From positions 1-29,956 of the forward strand of contig CAZEBC010000026.1 in assembly GCA_964510165.1 (NCBI GenBank): DNA of 29,956 bases, given 5' to 3'. This document shows positions 8,229-16,036 of this stretch, piece by piece; positions within the stretch are counted from its first letter, which is position 1, and each line of letters begins with the position of its first letter. Position numbers and translations under genes: made by a program. Source of the stretch: an uncultured bacterium. GTDB taxonomy: Bacteria > Abyssobacteria > SURF-5. The notes under the pieces are model-generated. The model was given only the letters and a program-made list of their open reading frames with translations. It ran no database searches and was not told the DNA's origin.

Positions 8229-9599
8229 ATGAAAGTGGGCATAATTGTCTCTTTGTTCCTGGTCGCATTGCTCTGTTCGCCCGTTTGGGCGACTGGGGCG
8301 GAAACCGGCTCCGAAACGGAGTCGCTGAAGGTGCAGATACAGGAGCTGCGAAGCGCTCTTGAGCAATTCCAGCGGCAGCACAACGCGGAGGTCGAATCGC
8401 TCAAGCAACAGATTCGAGACCTTTCGGACGAGTTGGAAGAACAGCGCAGAATCGGCGCGGAAGAGCCGGTCGTTTACGAGGAGTTCTACGAGCCGACGCC
8501 GTCGGCATATCAAGCTTCGCCAATCGGGGCCGGGTTGGGGCAGTACTTCAACCCCGACATCTCGGTCATTGGCGACGCGCTCGGACAATATGCGAGCCAT
8601 GAGAACGAAGGCGACCGGCCGGATGATCAGTTCATCTTCCGGGAATTGGAGGTGAATTTCTCCGGAGTCCTTGATCCGTTCGCGCGCGCCGACTTTACGG
8701 CGGCCGTGCATGAGGAATTTCATGAACACGAGGCGGAGGAGCATGAACACACGTACGAGAGTCCCCGCGGCGAAGGCCATGAACACAACTTCGCAATTCA
8801 CATTGAGGAGGCGTATCTGACTGCGCTTGCGCTTCCCCACGGATTGCAGGCGCGCGCGGGGAGGATGCGCGAGCGGTTTGGAAAGGTAAACTCCACGCAC
8901 CTGCACGCGCTTCCCTGGGTTGATTATCCGCTCATAATCAAGAACTACCTCGGGGATGAAGGCTTGATGGCCGACGGCGCCGAACTGAGCTGGCTGGCGC
9001 CCACTCGGCATTACCTTGAATTGGTATATGCGGTCTTCAACAACGACAACGCTTCTTCGTTCGGAGGAGAGGAATTTGACGACTTCGTGCACCTGGCCCG
9101 CATGAAAAACCTGTTCGATATTTCAGACGCAACCACGCTCGAACTCGGCGGCAGCCTCGCAACCGGTCCCAACGACGACAGCCACGGAAGAAACCGCACT
9201 TGGCTGGAAGGGTTGGATGTGACCTTGAAATGGCGACCGCCCACCGAGGCGCTATATAGAGAACTCACCTGGCAGACGGAATTTCTGCTCTCTCAGAAGG
9301 AGCTTGAGGACCGGCAGGACCAGGATACGTGGGGCATGTATTCCTCGCTGGAGTACCAGTTCGCCCGGCGCTGGAGCGCGGCGCTCCGCTACGACTACTC
9401 GGAGTTTCCCGATTTCGAGTGCTTCCGCGAAAAAGGGTACTCCGGCTATCTGACGTTCGCCCAGAGCGAATTCGTGTTCTGGCGGTTCGGCTACATGTTC
9501 GTTGACCGCAATCTTGCGGACCCGGTGGAAGAAGACGAACATCTCGTCTGGCTTCAACTGAATTTCGGCCTCGGGCCGCACCGGACGCATGAATACTAA
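8229..9599 (+). CDS. Outer-membrane beta-barrel (porin-like) with His-rich loop, associated with metal ABC transporter
   Basis: Signal peptide, coiled coil, FNPDISVIGD, ELEVNFSGVLDPF, His-rich HEEFHEHEAEEHEH...GHEH, IEEAY, C-terminal QLNFGLGPHRTHEY; SD GGGAGAGAGG. Confidence 0.8.
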   Translation: MKVGIIVSLFLVALLCSPVWATGAETGSETESLKVQIQELRSALEQFQRQHNAEVESLKQQIRDLSDELEEQRRIGAEEPVVYEEFYEPTPSAYQASPIGAGLGQYFNPDISVIGDALGQYASHENEGDRPDDQFIFRELEVNFSGVLDPFARADFTAAVHEEFHEHEAEEHEHTYESPRGEGHEHNFAIHIEEAYLTALALPHGLQARAGRMRERFGKVNSTHLHALPWVDYPLIIKNYLGDEGLMADGAELSWLAPTRHYLELVYAVFNNDNASSFGGEEFDDFVHLARMKNLFDISDATTLELGGSLATGPNDDSHGRNRTWLEGLDVTLKWRPPTEALYRELTWQTEFLLSQKELEDRQDQDTWGMYSSLEYQFARRWSAALRYDYSEFPDFECFREKGYSGYLTFAQSEFVFWRFGYMFVDRNLADPVEEDEHLVWLQLNFGLGPHRTHEY

Positions 9600-9625
9600 A
9601 TTCAACGGGGAAGAGGGAGAATAAA

Positions 9626-10693
9626 ATGAAATTGAAACGAAGATTGCGGGCCACTCTCATATGGGCGTTCCTGGGGACATTCCTATTGTTGGGCTCCGGC
9701 GAAGGCGCGCAGAAACTCAACGTGCTCACCACGCATACGGTGCTGAAATCTATTGCGGAGGAAGTGGGCGGCGAGCACGTGTCGGTAGCGTGCCTGGCGA
9801 CCGGAAGGGAAGACCCTCACGCAATAGAAGCGAAACCGAGCTACATGGTGAGCGCTCGCAAGGCGGACCTGTTTGTAAAGATCGGCATGGATCTGGAAAT
9901 CGGGTATGAGCAGCTTGTGATAGACGGCTCGCGCAACTACAAGATCAGACTTGGGCAGCCGGGCTATCTTGACGCGTCGCTCAACGTGCTCAGGCTCGAG
10001 GTCCCGACGATAAAGGTTGACCGGTCAATGGGGGACGTTCACCCGCTCGGAAACCCGCACTACTGGCTGGACCCATACAACGCGCGAATCGTGGCGCGGT
10101 CCGTAGCGGACCGGCTTGGCGAGCTTGATCCTGCTCACGCCGCCGATTACGAGGCCCGCTGCGCCGACTTTGAGAGGCGCCTCGATACGGCGATGTTTGG
10201 CGAGCGCCTCGTCGAACGCATTGGAGGGGACCGACTGTGGTCACTGGAATTGGCCGGACGATTGGACGCGCACCTGCGGGATAACGGCCTTGAAGGCGAG
10301 GCGGGCGGATGGTATCAGCAGGCGCAGTCCCTCAGAGGGTTACGCCTGGTCACGTACCATCGGAGTTGGGTCTATTTTGCCAAGAGGTTCGGGTTGAACA
10401 TTGTCGGTGAGCTCGAGCCGAAGCCCGGCATCCCGCCCAGCCCCGGTCATCTGCGTTACATTGTCGCCACGGCGCGAAGCGCGAAGGCGACGGTGATCCT
10501 GATGGAGCCCTATTATAGCCCGAGGGCTGCCGAATTCGTCGCCGAGAAGATCGAAGGGCGTGTGGTCGAAGCGGCCAATGCGGTGGAAGGGCAACAGGGC
10601 GTGACCGATTATTTCTTGCTAATGGAAAACGTTATCGGGCGACTGAAAGAGGCAACCGCGATTCCCGAAGCGAAGCAGGCGTTTGTCCAGTAG
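9626..10693 (+). CDS. Cluster A-I metal ABC substrate-binding protein (ZnuA/AdcA-like)
   Basis: EDPHAIE, DVHPLGNPHYWLDP, TYHRSWVYF, ELEPKPGIPP; N-terminal signal. Confidence 0.92.
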   Translation: MKLKRRLRATLIWAFLGTFLLLGSGEGAQKLNVLTTHTVLKSIAEEVGGEHVSVACLATGREDPHAIEAKPSYMVSARKADLFVKIGMDLEIGYEQLVIDGSRNYKIRLGQPGYLDASLNVLRLEVPTIKVDRSMGDVHPLGNPHYWLDPYNARIVARSVADRLGELDPAHAADYEARCADFERRLDTAMFGERLVERIGGDRLWSLELAGRLDAHLRDNGLEGEAGGWYQQAQSLRGLRLVTYHRSWVYFAKRFGLNIVGELEPKPGIPPSPGHLRYIVATARSAKATVILMEPYYSPRAAEFVAEKIEGRVVEAANAVEGQQGVTDYFLLMENVIGRLKEATAIPEAKQAFVQ

Positions 10694-10706
10694 GGAGTCT
10701 TCCTTT

Positions 10707-10731
10707 GTAGGGGCGGTTCGCGAACCGCCCC
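10707..10731 (+). repeat. GTAG-family REP palindrome
   Basis: GTA followed by perfect 22-bp palindrome GGGGCGGTTCGCGAACCGCCCC (10710-10731). Confidence 0.8.
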
Positions 10732-10755
10732 GGCAAGCTTTTTGAGGTGAACCAC

Positions 10756-11634
10756 ATGAGCGACACGATGCTTTTTATGGCGGCGCCGTTCGCCGCGTGT
10801 TTGATCCTGACGGGAATACACTGTTATCTCGGGCTTCACGTGGTGAGTCGGGGGGTCATCTTCGTCGACCTCGCGCTCGCGCAGGTGGCCGCGCTCGGGA
10901 CCACTCTGGCCCTGCTGCTCGGCTATGAACTGAAGAGCCCGCAGGCTTATTACTGCTCGCTCGGCTTCACCTTTGTCGGGGCCGCCGTGTTTGCGCTCGG
11001 CCGGTTTCGAGAGGAAAAGGTTCCGCAGGAGGCGATCATCGGAATCGTATACGCGGTCTGCTCGGCGGCGGCTATCCTTGTGCTCGACCGCGCGCCTCAC
11101 GGACACGAGGCGATTACGGCCATGCTGGTAGGCAATATCCTGTACGTTACATGGCCGGGCATAGCGAAGACAGTCGTGATCTATGGGCTGGTCGGCGCGG
11201 TCCACTACCTGCTTCGGCGCAAGTTCCTATTGATCTCCCTGGATATCAAAGAGGCATGGAATCAGGGATTGTCCGTAAGATGGTGGGATTTTGTCTTCTA
11301 TGTCACCTTCGGCTTTGTCGTCACCAGTTCCGTGCAGATCGCGGGCGTGCTGCTGGTGTTCAGCTATCTGGTCGTTCCGGCGGTGTGCGCGATCCTGTTC
11401 GCCGAACGCATTTCAAGCCGTCTGGTGATCGGATGGACCCTCGGATTCCTCGCGAGCGCTTTCGGGATGATCGCCTCTGTCAGATGGGACTTACCGACCG
11501 GCGCCTCCGTGGTCGCCGCGTTCGGGGTCGTGCTGATAGCGTGCGCCGTTCTTGCGTGGATGACACCCTCCCGCGCGTACCCACGACAGCGTGTTGCGGC
11601 CGCCACCGAGATGCGACACGATCACCAAGCTTGA
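10756..11634 (+). CDS. Metal ABC transporter permease (ZnuB/ABC-3 family)
   Basis: GLHVVSRGVIFVDLALAQVAALG, EAIIGIVY, GVLLVFSYLVVPA, DLPTGASVV; SD GAGGTG before ATG 10756. Confidence 0.92.
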   Translation: MSDTMLFMAAPFAACLILTGIHCYLGLHVVSRGVIFVDLALAQVAALGTTLALLLGYELKSPQAYYCSLGFTFVGAAVFALGRFREEKVPQEAIIGIVYAVCSAAAILVLDRAPHGHEAITAMLVGNILYVTWPGIAKTVVIYGLVGAVHYLLRRKFLLISLDIKEAWNQGLSVRWWDFVFYVTFGFVVTSSVQIAGVLLVFSYLVVPAVCAILFAERISSRLVIGWTLGFLASAFGMIASVRWDLPTGASVVAAFGVVLIACAVLAWMTPSRAYPRQRVAAATEMRHDHQA

Positions 11635-11639
11635 CGCGC

Positions 11640-11670
11640 GGGTCAAGAGGCACAGTCGCCCTCTTGATCC
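11640..11670 (+). terminator. Stem-loop after the permease (possible terminator; no U-tract)
   Basis: GGGTCAAGAGG / CCTCTTGATCC 11-bp stem (one G-U), 9-nt loop. Confidence 0.4.
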
Positions 11671-11674
11671 TCAT

Positions 11675-11724
11675 GTTGCAATCGTGCAACTGATGTCGCG
11701 TTGCAATCGTTGCATACATGCAAC
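11675..11724. promoter_or_regulatory. Twin palindromes GTTGCA-N4-TGCAAC, putative bEBP upstream activating sequences
   Basis: 11675-11690 GTTGCAATCGTGCAAC and 11709-11724 GTTGCATACATGCAAC, 34 bp apart, ~100-150 bp upstream of a -24/-12 motif. Confidence 0.7.
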
Positions 11725-11825
11725 TTTCCTCGAACGGTGCGAAGGATTCCTTCCTGGCAGCCGTTTCTTCTTATCTTATTGCATCCGCATATGTTACACA
11801 GTGAAAGCTTCGCCCCAAAATCGAG

Positions 11826-11840
11826 TGGCATGATATGTGC
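11826..11840 (+). promoter_or_regulatory. sigma54 -24/-12 promoter of the activator gene
   Basis: TGGCATGATATGTGC = GG-N10-GC. Confidence 0.65.
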
Positions 11841-11901
11841 CTTACCAGACTCCATGCAACAAACCAGGTTCACATCGTTTTTCACCGGAAATGGGAGCAT
11901 C

Positions 11902-13242
11902 ATGCTAAAGAATCACTCTCTTGAACAAAAGGATATCTCGACGATAATCTTCGACAGCATCAGCGAAGGGGTGTTCACGACGGACCATGACTGCCGCATC
12001 ACCTCGTTCAATCGAGCGGCGGAGACGATATCGGGATTCAGCCGGGAAGAGGCCGTCGGCAAGTACTGTTTCGACATATTCCGGACCGATTTGTGCCAGA
12101 CGGGCTGCGCGCTGCGCAACACGCTGCAAAACGGAAAACCGATCTCGAACGTCAGGGTTACCATCATCACCCGCGATGGCCGAAAGGTCCCCATCAGCGT
12201 CAGCACGACGCTGCTTCGCGATGAAGACAAGCAATGCCTCGGCGCGGTAGAGTTCTTTCGCGATCTCTCCGAGCTGGAAGACCTTCAAAATCAGGTGTCG
12301 AAATTGAACCGTTTCGAGAATCTCGTGAGCTGCAACGAAAAGATGCAGCGCATCTTCGAGTTGCTGCCGGAGATCGCCGAGTCCGAGTGCAACGTGCTGA
12401 TCCAGGGACCAAGCGGGTCGGGCAAGGAACTCTTGGCGCAGGCGCTCCACAACCTGAGCCCCCGCAAGCAGAACGCATATATCCGCATCAATTGCGCCGC
12501 GCTTCCCGAGACGTTGCTCGAGTCGGAGCTGTTCGGCTACGTGAGGGGCGCATTTACGGATGCGAAGCGGGACAAGCCGGGCATGTTCTATCTGGCGCAG
12601 GGCGGCACGCTTCTGTTGGACGAGATCGGCGATATGCCTCTCGCGCTTCAGGTGAAGCTACTGAGGGTTCTCAACAACGGTGAATATCAGCCGCTGGGTT
12701 CGACGCGGATGTTGCAGACCGATGCGCGCATCCTCACCTCCTCAAACCAGGACATCAAGCGGATGGTCGAGCAGGGATTGTTCCGGGAGGACCTCTATTA
12801 TCGCATCAACGTGATCAATATTCAGATACCGCCGTTGCGGGAGCGACTCGAGGATTTGCCGCTGCTGATCGAGCATTTCGTGGAGAAGTTCCGTGTCAGG
12901 CGCAAGAAGGACATACGCGGGGTGTCCAATGACGTCCTCAACCTTCTGAGACAATACGATTTCCCGGGCAACGTGAGGGAACTCGAGAACGCGATCGAGC
13001 ATGCCTTCGTCATCTGCCGAAAGAACGTTATCGAGGTCGAGCATCTGCCTGAAAGATTGCTGGAAGCGGCAAGACGCAATGGCGAACGTTCATCGCGGCC
13101 CGTGTATGGAGGGAGTTCCGAGGAGTCCATCATTCGGGAGGCGCTCGAGCGAAACAAGGGGAACCGCGTCAAGACTGCGGAAGAACTTGGGATGCACCGC
13201 TCGACGCTGTGGCGGAAGATGGAAAGATACGGGATGGGGTGA
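11902..13242 (+). CDS. sigma54-dependent activator, PAS-AAA+-Fis HTH, OrpR-like
   Basis: PAS with CFDIFRTDLCQTGC (C-X8-C-X3-C), Walker A GPSGSGKE, ESELFG, GAFTDA, LLDEIGD, FREDLYYR, FPGNVRELEN, HTH LGMHRSTLWRK; SD GGGAG before ATG 11902. Confidence 0.92.
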   Translation: MLKNHSLEQKDISTIIFDSISEGVFTTDHDCRITSFNRAAETISGFSREEAVGKYCFDIFRTDLCQTGCALRNTLQNGKPISNVRVTIITRDGRKVPISVSTTLLRDEDKQCLGAVEFFRDLSELEDLQNQVSKLNRFENLVSCNEKMQRIFELLPEIAESECNVLIQGPSGSGKELLAQALHNLSPRKQNAYIRINCAALPETLLESELFGYVRGAFTDAKRDKPGMFYLAQGGTLLLDEIGDMPLALQVKLLRVLNNGEYQPLGSTRMLQTDARILTSSNQDIKRMVEQGLFREDLYYRINVINIQIPPLRERLEDLPLLIEHFVEKFRVRRKKDIRGVSNDVLNLLRQYDFPGNVRELENAIEHAFVICRKNVIEVEHLPERLLEAARRNGERSSRPVYGGSSEESIIREALERNKGNRVKTAEELGMHRSTLWRKMERYGMG

Positions 13243-13270
13243 AGCGTAGCAGTTGTTGTCGCGTTTCGTT

Positions 13271-13318
13271 TCCCTCACCCCTCCCTCACCCCAACCTCCC
13301 ACTGGGCAGGGTGAGGGG
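13271..13318. repeat. REP-like/terminator hairpin between convergent genes
   Basis: Direct repeat TCCCTCACCCC x2; stem CCCTCACCC (13283-13291) / GGGTGAGGG (13309-13317). Confidence 0.6.
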
Positions 13319-13357
13319 CTTCGATTGCGGCACGCCACGCCGACAGAACAATCGGCC

Positions 13358-13912
13358 TCAGGCGCGGGCGGCTTCCTTCCCCGCGTCCAGATATATCTCT
13401 TCCCAGGAACCATCAGGTATCCCCAGCTTATCAATGAGCATCGAGGCCGACGGGTTTAAATGGAACTGATTGGGCCTGTCGGGCCCGACGAGGACGACCG
13501 GCGCATTGAACCTGTACGCGAACTCCTCGATGGGGATGTTGCCGAAGGTGATTCCCCGCTCGAGGTGCGGGATCACCAGTAACTGGTATTCGCGGTTCAT
13601 GAGGCAGGTTCTGAGTTCCTTTGCGTGTCGGCTCTCTTCACAGACCTTGAACCCGACATCAACGTACTCGCCCAGGCACTTGTCGTAGTACTCGCGCAGC
13701 TTGCGGTCGGTCGCGATCAGGATTTTGTCATCCATCTTGCGTCCCTGGCCGGGCGGATCGGAGTATTTCTCATACGGGGACCTGAGGAAGTAGAAGATGT
13801 TGAGCTGACACTTGTTTTTCTGGGCCAGAGAAAACGCGAAGTCGAACGCCCAGTCTCCCTTCTCCGAAAAATGGGCGCACAGCCCGATGCTGTCAAGTCC
13901 GATGGTTGTCAT
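13358..13912 (-). CDS. Universal stress protein-like protein
   Basis: USP-like layout: IGLCAHFSEKGDWAFDFAFSLA...QLNIFYF, YQLLVI, APVVLV; strong SD AGGAGGAG. Confidence 0.6.
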   Translation of the reverse strand: MTTIGLDSIGLCAHFSEKGDWAFDFAFSLAQKNKCQLNIFYFLRSPYEKYSDPPGQGRKMDDKILIATDRKLREYYDKCLGEYVDVGFKVCEESRHAKELRTCLMNREYQLLVIPHLERGITFGNIPIEEFAYRFNAPVVLVGPDRPNQFHLNPSASMLIDKLGIPDGSWEEIYLDAGKEAARA

Positions 13913-13942
13913 AGAAACTCCTCCTTCCTGTTGGCTCTGTGC

Positions 13943-14890
13943 TCAAATTTCCTTGAGAATCTCATCTATGTAGTACTTGGAGTACAGCGCACTGACCGGA
14001 TTGTTCGCGAGCGACTTGTCTTTTACGAACAGCGTCGAGGTCGGGGCTTTGCTGTGCCGGACAAAGATCAAATCGCATCCCACGCACAATCCGACCAGCA
14101 CGTTGATATCGGGTTCGAGCTCATTCAATATGTGTGCCTGGCCGATAGGATTGCACAGCACCCCGCGCGACGCGGTGATGAGGTCGGCCTCAATCCGGCC
14201 CCCCACCTTGCAGCACACCGAACTGACCGCGAAAAACCTGCGCAACAGTCGCACAAGTATCTCGGTTTCTCGAAACATCTCCACGCAGAACGCGACGCCG
14301 ACATGCTTGTATTCCATGCCAAGGCAGTAATAGATGAACTCGGCCACGCGACACAATCTCCGGTGAGTTTCCGCCGCGATATCAGTCGTCACCTCCATGG
14401 AATGATGGAACTCGTTATACTTTTCGGCGGAGAAGAGTTCCCCGAAGTCGCCCGTGCATGTCTCTCCCTTCAAGCACCTGCGGTCCACGCATTCGACACA
14501 GTCTATGGTTGGCTTGCACATCTCGCCCTCAGGATGTTTGGTCGGGGTCTGGCTGCGCCCCCTTGCGTCGTTCAATCCGAATCCGTTGTGCAACCTTCCG
14601 TTCCTCAATGCGACAAGAGCCTCATCGACCTCCGCCGCAACGTCGTGAACCACTCTGATGCCGTATGAGCCGGCCCGATTCTCAAATTCCTTGTCCATCG
14701 CGCCGCACACAAACAGGTCGACCTCGAGATCCGCAAGCTGAGAGAGCCGCTCTTCCTCCGTCATGCCCGCCGTCTCCACGATTCTTCGTGAGACTTCCTG
14801 GTTGTCAGCAAGCTGGACAAGCAGGGTCTTATCCGAATAAGACCATCGCGGAGAAACTCGCGTACCAAACAGCGGAACTGCTACCTTCAC
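13943..14890 (-). CDS. NifB/NifX (Orange-protein-like) domain fused to DUF1847 Cys-rich metal-binding domain
   Basis: N-terminal KVAVPLFGTRVSPRW...LFVCGA; C-terminal CVECVDRRC, RLCRVAEF, GVAFC, SVCCKVG, CNPIGQA, GLCVGCD, VKDK. Confidence 0.8.
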   Translation of the reverse strand: MKVAVPLFGTRVSPRWSYSDKTLLVQLADNQEVSRRIVETAGMTEEERLSQLADLEVDLFVCGAMDKEFENRAGSYGIRVVHDVAAEVDEALVALRNGRLHNGFGLNDARGRSQTPTKHPEGEMCKPTIDCVECVDRRCLKGETCTGDFGELFSAEKYNEFHHSMEVTTDIAAETHRRLCRVAEFIYYCLGMEYKHVGVAFCVEMFRETEILVRLLRRFFAVSSVCCKVGGRIEADLITASRGVLCNPIGQAHILNELEPDINVLVGLCVGCDLIFVRHSKAPTSTLFVKDKSLANNPVSALYSKYYIDEILKEI

Positions 14891-14945
14891 GATTCAATTC
14901 CCGGTGGCTCAGCGAGCGCACGCTGCGAAGAGCCGATTGTTCGAT

Positions 14946-15006
14946 TGAATTCGCATCTGCCATTCTGCAAAGTACGAGTGAATTCGCATCAGCGATTCCG
15001 CAAAGT
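14946..15006. repeat. Tandem imperfect direct repeat, 28 bp x2, 33-bp period
   Basis: TGAATTCGCATCTGCCATTCTGCAAAGT (14946-14973) and TGAATTCGCATCAGCGATTCCGCAAAGT (14979-15006), 25/28 identical. Confidence 0.85.
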
Positions 15007-15012
15007 GTCAGG

Positions 15013-15027
15013 GCAAGTACTGTGCCA
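15013..15027 (-). promoter_or_regulatory. sigma54 promoter (leftward)
   Basis: TGGCAC-AGTAC-TTGC, full consensus. Confidence 0.85.
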
Positions 15028-15288
15028 AGGGGGACGCCTCGAACCGTGCTGAGGCGCGGCCCGACAGTTTGCCTGAGTTTTGCGGCATTCCGGCCAGTCG
15101 TCGGTCCGGCGCGGACATCGCCCGAAATGTTGCGGCCACAGTTGCGCGCAACGTCGCGTTGCGAGCCTTCGCGTCGTTCTGCGACGACGAAACACATTGG
15201 TATCGGCGCATGACGCATCGCGGCAAATGCCATGTTTCTCGATAATATCGTTTGATGTTTGAGGGCGCCGATTCACTGCCGGCCGTGA

Positions 15289-15303
15289 TGGCACAGTTCT
15301 TGC
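15289..15303 (+). promoter_or_regulatory. sigma54 promoter (rightward, qrc-tmc-hmc operon)
   Basis: TGGCAC-AGTTC-TTGC, full consensus. Confidence 0.85.
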
Positions 15304-15385
15304 CAAAACTCTCCAACGGAAGTGATGTGGAAAGCGCGCCACCAGCGTCGCGCTCTCAATGAGAAATTAAGTGAGACCGCCATTG

Positions 15386-16024
15386 ATGAAACCCGAAAAG
15401 AACTCAAACGGCCAGAAATATTTCGGAACCGTGGTCGGCTTCTTTTCGTTCGGACTCGTGCTTTTCCTCCTGTTGGGATGGTTCTTGTTACCCGGTTTGA
15501 GCTACGTCAAGAGCACGCAGCCGGTGAATTACAATCCCCCGCTTCACGTGGAGAGGCTCGGCATCACCTGCGACACATGCCACTTCTTCCATGAGGACGG
15601 GAGCTGGGCCGGAATCCCCACGCTTGAAACATGCATTGATTGTCACGAAAATACGATTGGCGACTCGTCTGAAGAAAAGAAGTTCGTCGAGAATTACGTG
15701 AAGGAAAATCGTGAGCCGCAGTGGGCGCTTTACATCAAGCAGCCCGAGTGCGTGTCGTTCTCGCATTCCTCGCACGTGCGGATGGCGAAGATTGCGTGTG
15801 AAACGTGTCATGGCCCGCAAGGCCATTCGGACGCCGCCGAGTATCTCGCGAACCGCATCACCAAGTATGGTTATGTGGTGTATGATCCGCGCGTTCCGCT
15901 GAATGCCTTCACCATCATGAGCGAGAAGGGCAGGAACGTGTGGGGCACGATGCGGATGGACGAATGCGCGGCATGTCACAGGGCGCGCGGAACGAGCACG
16001 GCCTGTTTCATCTGTCACAAATAG
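15386..16024 (+). CDS. qrcA: Menaquinone reductase multiheme cytochrome c subunit QrcA (5 CxxCH)
   Basis: N-terminal TM; CDTCH, CIDCH, CETCH, CAACH, CFICH; QPECVSFSHSSH; first of a qrcABCD-type set. Alternative start GTG 15371. Confidence 0.88.
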   Translation: MKPEKNSNGQKYFGTVVGFFSFGLVLFLLLGWFLLPGLSYVKSTQPVNYNPPLHVERLGITCDTCHFFHEDGSWAGIPTLETCIDCHENTIGDSSEEKKFVENYVKENREPQWALYIKQPECVSFSHSSHVRMAKIACETCHGPQGHSDAAEYLANRITKYGYVVYDPRVPLNAFTIMSEKGRNVWGTMRMDECAACHRARGTSTACFICHK

Positions 16025-16036
16025 GGACTCGCTGGA

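Noticed and set aside
11675-11724. Palindromes as Zur boxes for the metal operon
   Set aside because: They lie downstream of that operon and at UAS distance from a sigma54 motif.
11701-11901. 67-aa N-terminal extension of the activator in the ORF track
   Set aside because: It runs through the UAS and sigma54 promoter; ATG 11902 has an SD and directly precedes the PAS domain.
14946-15006. Possible mini-CRISPR
   Set aside because: Only two copies, a 5-bp spacer and no cas genes.
14829-15342. ORFs in the divergent promoter region
   Set aside because: They cross both sigma54 promoters and lack an SD or any family signature.
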